From the IMG/VR virus record IMGVR_UViG_3300005074_000010: a DNA stretch of 33,678 nt; one strand, written 5' to 3'. Made by a program: the position numbers and the translations under genes. Positions 28,921 to 33,678 of the stretch are shown piece by piece (within the stretch, counting starts at the first letter, position 1; each line of letters begins with the position of its first letter). Below the pieces are notes generated by a model, which did no database searches, was not told where the DNA came from, and saw only the letters and a list, made by a program, of their open reading frames with translations. Source of the DNA: a virus.

Positions 28921-31488
28921 ATGGCACAAGCTAAATTACAAGTAAACTTATTGGCAAACCCAGCTGGGCTTACAGCTGGTCTAAATGTAGCCTCAGCTAG
29001 GTTAACAGCATTTGGTAAAAAAGCTACTATGATAGGAATGAAGCTAGGTAGGAGCTTTAGCTTACCTTTCGCCTTAATAGCTGGTGGCTCAATGAAAATG
29101 GCTGGTGACTTTGAGAAGAATATGACTAAGATTAAAACCTTAGTAGGTCTTTCAGGAGACGCTGTAGACGGAATGGCTGATAAAGTAAAAGCTCTAGCAA
29201 GAGAAACAGGAGTATCAGCTACAGAGGCGTCTGAAGCGCTATTCTTTATTACTTCTGCTGGTCTAGAGGGTGATTTAGCTCTAAAAACATTACAGGCGTC
29301 TTTAAAAGCGTCTGCTGTAGGTTTAGGGGACGTTTCTACTGTTGCTGATAGTGCTACTTCAGCTATGAACGCTTACGGTAGTGAGGTACTAGGAGCTTCG
29401 GACGCTACAGATGTGCTTATGTCTACTGTTAGATTAGGTAAGATTGAATCTGAAGAATTAGCTGGTAGTATAGGTCAAGTAATACCTATTGCTAGTAATC
29501 TAGGCGTTACATTCGATGAGGTAGGAGCTACACTAGCTTCTATGAGTAGAACAGGTACGAACGCTGCGACCGCCTCTATGCAACTGAAGAATATTTTAAT
29601 GTCTATCAATAAACCTAGTTCAGAAGCTCAGAAGCAATTATCTGCTATGGGTCTTAGTTCTGAATCACTAAAGAAAAAAATACAGGATGACGGCTTACTA
29701 TCTGTATTGACACTACTAAGAGACAAGTTTGGAGAGAATGAGGACGCACAAGCTAAGGTATTCGGTAATGCTAGAGCCTTAATGGGTGTTATGGATTTAT
29801 TAGGAGCTGGATTTGAAAGTACTACTATGATTTTCGATGAAATGACTAAGGCTACAGGCTCTACAGATAAAGGATTTGCAGAGCTACAAAAATCTTCAGA
29901 GTTCCAGCTGAGAAAAACTATGAACGGCCTAAAAGAGGACTTTAGGAATATGGGAGGCGTTATGATGCAGGTATTGGGTCCAGCTGTAAAAAACATAATG
30001 GGAGGTATAAGCGCCTTATTTAAGAAATTTCAAGGCCTTGACGCTGGTACACAAAAGCTAATACTAGGATTTGGAGCACTTGTAGCTCTAGCGCCTGTAC
30101 TAATATCAGCTGTAGGATTAGTAGCAAAAGCTATTGGCTTTCTATTAAGTCCTGTTGGTTTAGTCGTTGCTGGTTTAGCTGGTATTGCTTATGTAGTGTA
30201 CACACAATGGGACGGTATTAAAAAAATTATAGTAGATGTTGCAAACTACTTTATAGACCTGTATAATGAATCTAACGCGTTCGCTATACTAATGCACTCA
30301 ATAGGAGCTATTTTCAAGAGCTTCTACGATATTGGGGTATTCTTCTTAGAAGCATTAGTAACTTCATTCCAAAACGGCTTAAAAGTGATAAAAGACCTAT
30401 TTAGCGGTCTAGGAGGTATAATCAAGGGTGTATTCACATTTGATTATGACGAAATAAAGGCTGGAGTAAAAAAAATGGGTCGTGCTATTAGTGATAACTT
30501 CAAAAATGCTATTGAAACAGGTAGTGAGTTTGTAGAAAAATCAGCTGGAGCTGTAGCAGATAACTTTACTGAAGCGTTTAATAACGCGAAAACAAGACAA
30601 AAAATAGAGTTTATTACTGAAGATGATATAGATAATGGCGTAAATAACGCTGTAGATTATCTAAAGACAAAGAAAGACCAAATATTCGAGGCCTTTAATT
30701 TCGGTAGTGGAGGCGGTACTAATATGGACGTTGATACTAGTAGCTTAGATGACCCTACTTCAGGAGGAGATGACAACGATAATAAGCTAAAGAAAACTAC
30801 TACACTACTACAAGAACAAAGTACAGTAATGGAGGATTTAGGTCTTACTAGTGAGTTTGCTAGTGAACAGATGAGTAATTCATTTAGTAAGCTGAGTTCA
30901 GGTATTGTAGATAATCTAGGTATTGCTAATACAGCTCTAGGAGATTTTATGCAGAATTTAATTAACAGCGTTACAGAGCAAATACAAGCAAATTTAATGT
31001 TAGGCCTAAGTGAAGAACAGAAAACACAGCAAAAGGTAGCTAATACAGCTACAGAGGTCGGAGCGAATGCTATGTCGGTAGCTAGTAATACAGCTACAGG
31101 TACTGCTAATATAGGTATCAATACAGGAGAAGCTATATCTGGTGCAACAGCAACAGCTACAAATACAGCTAAGGGTATGGGTCCTATAGGTGCATTTGTA
31201 TTACCAGCCTTGATAGCTGGAGCTGTTGGATTAGTAATGAGCTCAATGAAAAAAGCTAAAAAATTTAAAACAGGTGGTATTGTATCAGGTACTACTCTAG
31301 GTATGGTTGGAGAATATCCAGGAGCCAAATCTAATCCTGAGGTAATTGCACCTCTAGATAGGTTAAAGTCAATGATAGGTACACCACAGGCTACTAATGT
31401 AAATGTAGGCGGTAGCTTTAGAGTAGAGGGTCAAGACCTTGTACTAGCACTTAGTAGAGCTAATAATGTATCTAATAGAATAAACTAA
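28921..31488 (+). CDS. Tail tape measure protein
   Basis: 855 aa. Ala/Gly-rich helical N-terminus with TMP-type motifs, central hydrophobic segments, and position after the chaperone. Confidence 0.9.
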   Translation: MAQAKLQVNLLANPAGLTAGLNVASARLTAFGKKATMIGMKLGRSFSLPFALIAGGSMKMAGDFEKNMTKIKTLVGLSGDAVDGMADKVKALARETGVSATEASEALFFITSAGLEGDLALKTLQASLKASAVGLGDVSTVADSATSAMNAYGSEVLGASDATDVLMSTVRLGKIESEELAGSIGQVIPIASNLGVTFDEVGATLASMSRTGTNAATASMQLKNILMSINKPSSEAQKQLSAMGLSSESLKKKIQDDGLLSVLTLLRDKFGENEDAQAKVFGNARALMGVMDLLGAGFESTTMIFDEMTKATGSTDKGFAELQKSSEFQLRKTMNGLKEDFRNMGGVMMQVLGPAVKNIMGGISALFKKFQGLDAGTQKLILGFGALVALAPVLISAVGLVAKAIGFLLSPVGLVVAGLAGIAYVVYTQWDGIKKIIVDVANYFIDLYNESNAFAILMHSIGAIFKSFYDIGVFFLEALVTSFQNGLKVIKDLFSGLGGIIKGVFTFDYDEIKAGVKKMGRAISDNFKNAIETGSEFVEKSAGAVADNFTEAFNNAKTRQKIEFITEDDIDNGVNNAVDYLKTKKDQIFEAFNFGSGGGTNMDVDTSSLDDPTSGGDDNDNKLKKTTTLLQEQSTVMEDLGLTSEFASEQMSNSFSKLSSGIVDNLGIANTALGDFMQNLINSVTEQIQANLMLGLSEEQKTQQKVANTATEVGANAMSVASNTATGTANIGINTGEAISGATATATNTAKGMGPIGAFVLPALIAGAVGLVMSSMKKAKKFKTGGIVSGTTLGMVGEYPGAKSNPEVIAPLDRLKSMIGTPQATNVNVGGSFRVEGQDLVLALSRANNVSNRIN

Positions 31489-33678
31489 TGGCGTATCAAG
31501 TAAAGTATAGATTACAATTCTCAGATTTACAGAACAATCCTCGTAAAGTAGAAATATGGCAAAACAACTACAGCGGAGATGTATTACCAATGATAGGTAC
31601 AGATTCGCCTGTTACTATTGAATATCAATCAGATAACGATTTCTTTAAGCCAATTCAAGGGTCAAAATGTAACCTTAATCTAATGGTTACTGATGATGTT
31701 GATTATGATGAGTTTTTTAGATTTGATGAACAAGAATTCTTGATAAAAGTATATGCTGGTTTGACTAGAGCAAAATCAGTATACAATAGAGCAACTTCAC
31801 ATAGATACATAGATAATTACTGTGCTCTAGATGAGTTTAGTTATGTATACCCTAATATTAGCGATAACCTGATTAATAGAGTAGCTAATGACGGTGGTAT
31901 AGTAGAAGCTCCTAATTGTATTATGGGCGGTATTACTGATTCCCTTGATTGTGATTGGGACCTATATTGGCAAGGTTTCCTAGTAGCTGATACATATAAA
32001 GAAGCTCTTACACAAAAGCCCTACCCTATTAGCCTGAGTGCTCTTGACGGATTAGGAACACTAAAGCTAAACCAATCTCAAATAACAGGTATAGAATATC
32101 CTAGTAGTATCTCTGGTGCTAGAACATTTGTAGATTATACATTACAACTGATAAACTTATCTAATATTACAGAGTTATATACTAAAGTAAATTTTTGGGC
32201 CTCTAAACAATATCAAAATTCTAGTAGCTTTGACGAATTCAAAGATGAAAATATTTGTGGGGATTCAGTATTCAAAAGTGGCTTCAAGATGAAAAATATT
32301 AAGGAGATGTTATCTGATTTACTGAACTATACTAATAGCCGTATGTATCAGTATGGAGGAGAATTATATATAGAGCCTGTTACAGTAGATAACACAATAG
32401 TAACTAATCTACCCTCTAATCAAACACAAGAAACAGCAGAGTATATAAAATCTATAGTAAACGGTATAATGAAAAATCCTTATACAGGAATGCAGTTTTA
32501 TACTAGATATTTCCAACAAGGCTCACAGAACTCTCAACCAGGTAGATTTGAGGGCTTTCCAGCTATTAAACGCGTAAATAACGAGCTTATAGCTATGAAT
32601 AATGATATTCAGATTGAATACCTACCGCCTTATCAGCAAGTAAAAATAGAGGCCGATTTGAGCGCTGTTGCTAGACGTACTGTAGCTATGACTCAAAACC
32701 CTACTATGGAGTATAGCTCCGGTATTACTGTAATATCAGGTCAAGCTGTTTTAGGTACACACCCTATTGCTAATAGTGGTACTAGGTCTATAAAGATTAC
32801 TAACTTTATAAGCACAGGTACGCCTACTAATACAGCTTTTAGAATGCTTCCTATTAGCTTAGCTACAGGCTCGGATAGAAAATTTATAGAAACAAAACCA
32901 AATTTTGACTTTAGCTTAGAGTACTATGTACAAACAGACGGTACAGCTACTCCTAAAGCAACAATATACTATAGTGTAAACTTCTATCGTGCTAGTAGTT
33001 TCAATACAAGCAACTACTTAAATTGGTTTACCTTTAGTGAAGAAGATAACACCTGGTTTCAAGCTAATAATACTAGTTTTGGTAATATGGTTAAGAATGA
33101 GATTAGAGTAATTGAAGAGGATAATATGAATCTTTGGAACTCTGTAAGCTCTTTACCTGGATTACCAGACGGACAAGGAGCCTCTACAGGTGTTATGCAA
33201 GTAACAGTATGGCAACCTAAGGTATACGAAAACGCTTCAGCAGTAGAAGCTATCTACTTTGATAATATAGCTACTTCCTTTCAAAAAGACACTAAGAAAA
33301 AAATAGAAGCTACTCTTACTAATAGCAGTACTACAAACTCAGCTATATATGAAACTAAGATACCAGCAATTAAAGCTACAATACTAAACGAATTACGCTC
33401 AGATTTCTTAGTAAGTAGTACAGGTAGTGTAACAGGCGGTCTAGTAAAAAAAGCAAACGCTGTACTAAAACTCTATCAAGATTATGTATATAGATATGAG
33501 ATGACTCTAAAGAATATGACGAATTATCCTATCTGTATCAATAGTAAGCCGTATATGAATTTTGATACTTATAAAGATGACGCTCAACAGCAAATAGATA
33601 GGCTTACATATTATGTAAAGCAAAATGAGTATAAAGCAGTAACGCATAAGGCGTCTGCTAAAGGAGACCCTACAATAA
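31488..33678 (+). CDS. Tail-tip / distal tail (baseplate-like) protein, 737 codons, continues at nt 100-122 across the contig junction
   Basis: TAATG overlap with the tape-measure stop. The frame is open to the window end in the hand translation and spot checks. It is absent from the ORF track only because no stop occurs inside the window. Confidence 0.75.
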   Translation, partial: MAYQVKYRLQFSDLQNNPRKVEIWQNNYSGDVLPMIGTDSPVTIEYQSDNDFFKPIQGSKCNLNLMVTDDVDYDEFFRFDEQEFLIKVYAGLTRAKSVYNRATSHRYIDNYCALDEFSYVYPNISDNLINRVANDGGIVEAPNCIMGGITDSLDCDWDLYWQGFLVADTYKEALTQKPYPISLSALDGLGTLKLNQSQITGIEYPSSISGARTFVDYTLQLINLSNITELYTKVNFWASKQYQNSSSFDEFKDENICGDSVFKSGFKMKNIKEMLSDLLNYTNSRMYQYGGELYIEPVTVDNTIVTNLPSNQTQETAEYIKSIVNGIMKNPYTGMQFYTRYFQQGSQNSQPGRFEGFPAIKRVNNELIAMNNDIQIEYLPPYQQVKIEADLSAVARRTVAMTQNPTMEYSSGITVISGQAVLGTHPIANSGTRSIKITNFISTGTPTNTAFRMLPISLATGSDRKFIETKPNFDFSLEYYVQTDGTATPKATIYYSVNFYRASSFNTSNYLNWFTFSEEDNTWFQANNTSFGNMVKNEIRVIEEDNMNLWNSVSSLPGLPDGQGASTGVMQVTVWQPKVYENASAVEAIYFDNIATSFQKDTKKKIEATLTNSSTTNSAIYETKIPAIKATILNELRSDFLVSSTGSVTGGLVKKANAVLKLYQDYVYRYEMTLKNMTNYPICINSKPYMNFDTYKDDAQQQIDRLTYYVKQNEYKAVTHKASAKGDPTI
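33580..33678. repeat. 99-nt terminal direct repeat, right copy
   Basis: Identical to nt 1-99. Consistent with a circular-assembly overlap or terminal redundancy. Confidence 0.95.

Noticed and set aside
30657-31328. 223-aa minus-strand ORF inside the tape-measure gene. Similar antisense ORFs occur at 29628-29996, 24465-24782, 2859-3179, 11835-12164 and 20932-21192, among others.
   Set aside because: Each is fully nested antisense to a well-supported + strand gene. They have low-complexity or hydrophobic shadow composition and no promoter or gap of their own. All convincing genes are co-oriented on the + strand.
1-33678. Searched for lysogeny functions, tRNAs, a DGR and toxin-antitoxin or defence systems.
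   Set aside because: No integrase, recombinase or excisionase motifs were found, and no long CI-type repressor. No tRNA-like cloverleaf with a GTTCRANYC T-loop was found in any gap. There is no reverse transcriptase and there are no near-identical template/variable repeats near the fibre genes. Lifestyle therefore cannot be assigned.

Overview
The window looks like a complete, circularly closed tailed-phage genome of about 33.58 kb. Nt 1-99 are repeated exactly at 33580-33678. A 737-codon tail gene runs off the right end and terminates at nt 122. All credible genes are on the + strand; the minus-strand ORFs are antisense shadows. Low GC, no Shine-Dalgarno use, and recurrent TAnnTTTG / TTTTGTA-N3-TTT boxes in front of operons suggest a Bacteroidota (Flavobacteriia-like) host; this is inference.

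Gene order:
- 123-332: regulatory region.
- 333-6381: early, recombination and replication module. It holds an HTH protein, an ERF annealase, a mini-protein with an SSB-type tail, a DUF3799 PD-(D/E)XK exonuclease, a DnaA-C-like HTH protein, a VRR-NUC nuclease, a replication organiser and a primase-helicase.
- 6815-8165: ParB-like protein plus a 2OG-Fe(II)-oxygenase-like protein.
- 8178-14446: packaging and head module (TerS, TerL, portal, MuF-like protein, HK97-type protease and capsid).
- 14447-19220: a 4.7-kb accessory island of small ORFs plus a stand-alone nuclease cassette, wedged between the capsid gene and the head-tail connector genes.
- 19221-21367: connector and tail-completion genes.
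- 21395-21585: an ORF-free, highly structured leader.
- 21735-24533: envelope and lysis cassette.
- 24752-27428: two paralogous fibre-like genes.
- 27734-122: major tail protein, frameshifted chaperone, tape measure and tail-tip protein.

No tRNA, CRISPR array, integrase or reverse transcriptase was seen.

Most interesting signals:
1. Two families of covarying hairpin elements between the island genes.
2. The structured, promoter-proximal RNA candidate at 21395-21585.
3. The misplaced island itself, which carries candidate anti-restriction proteins.
4. A shared CG-containing iteron/operator motif in four intergenic regions.
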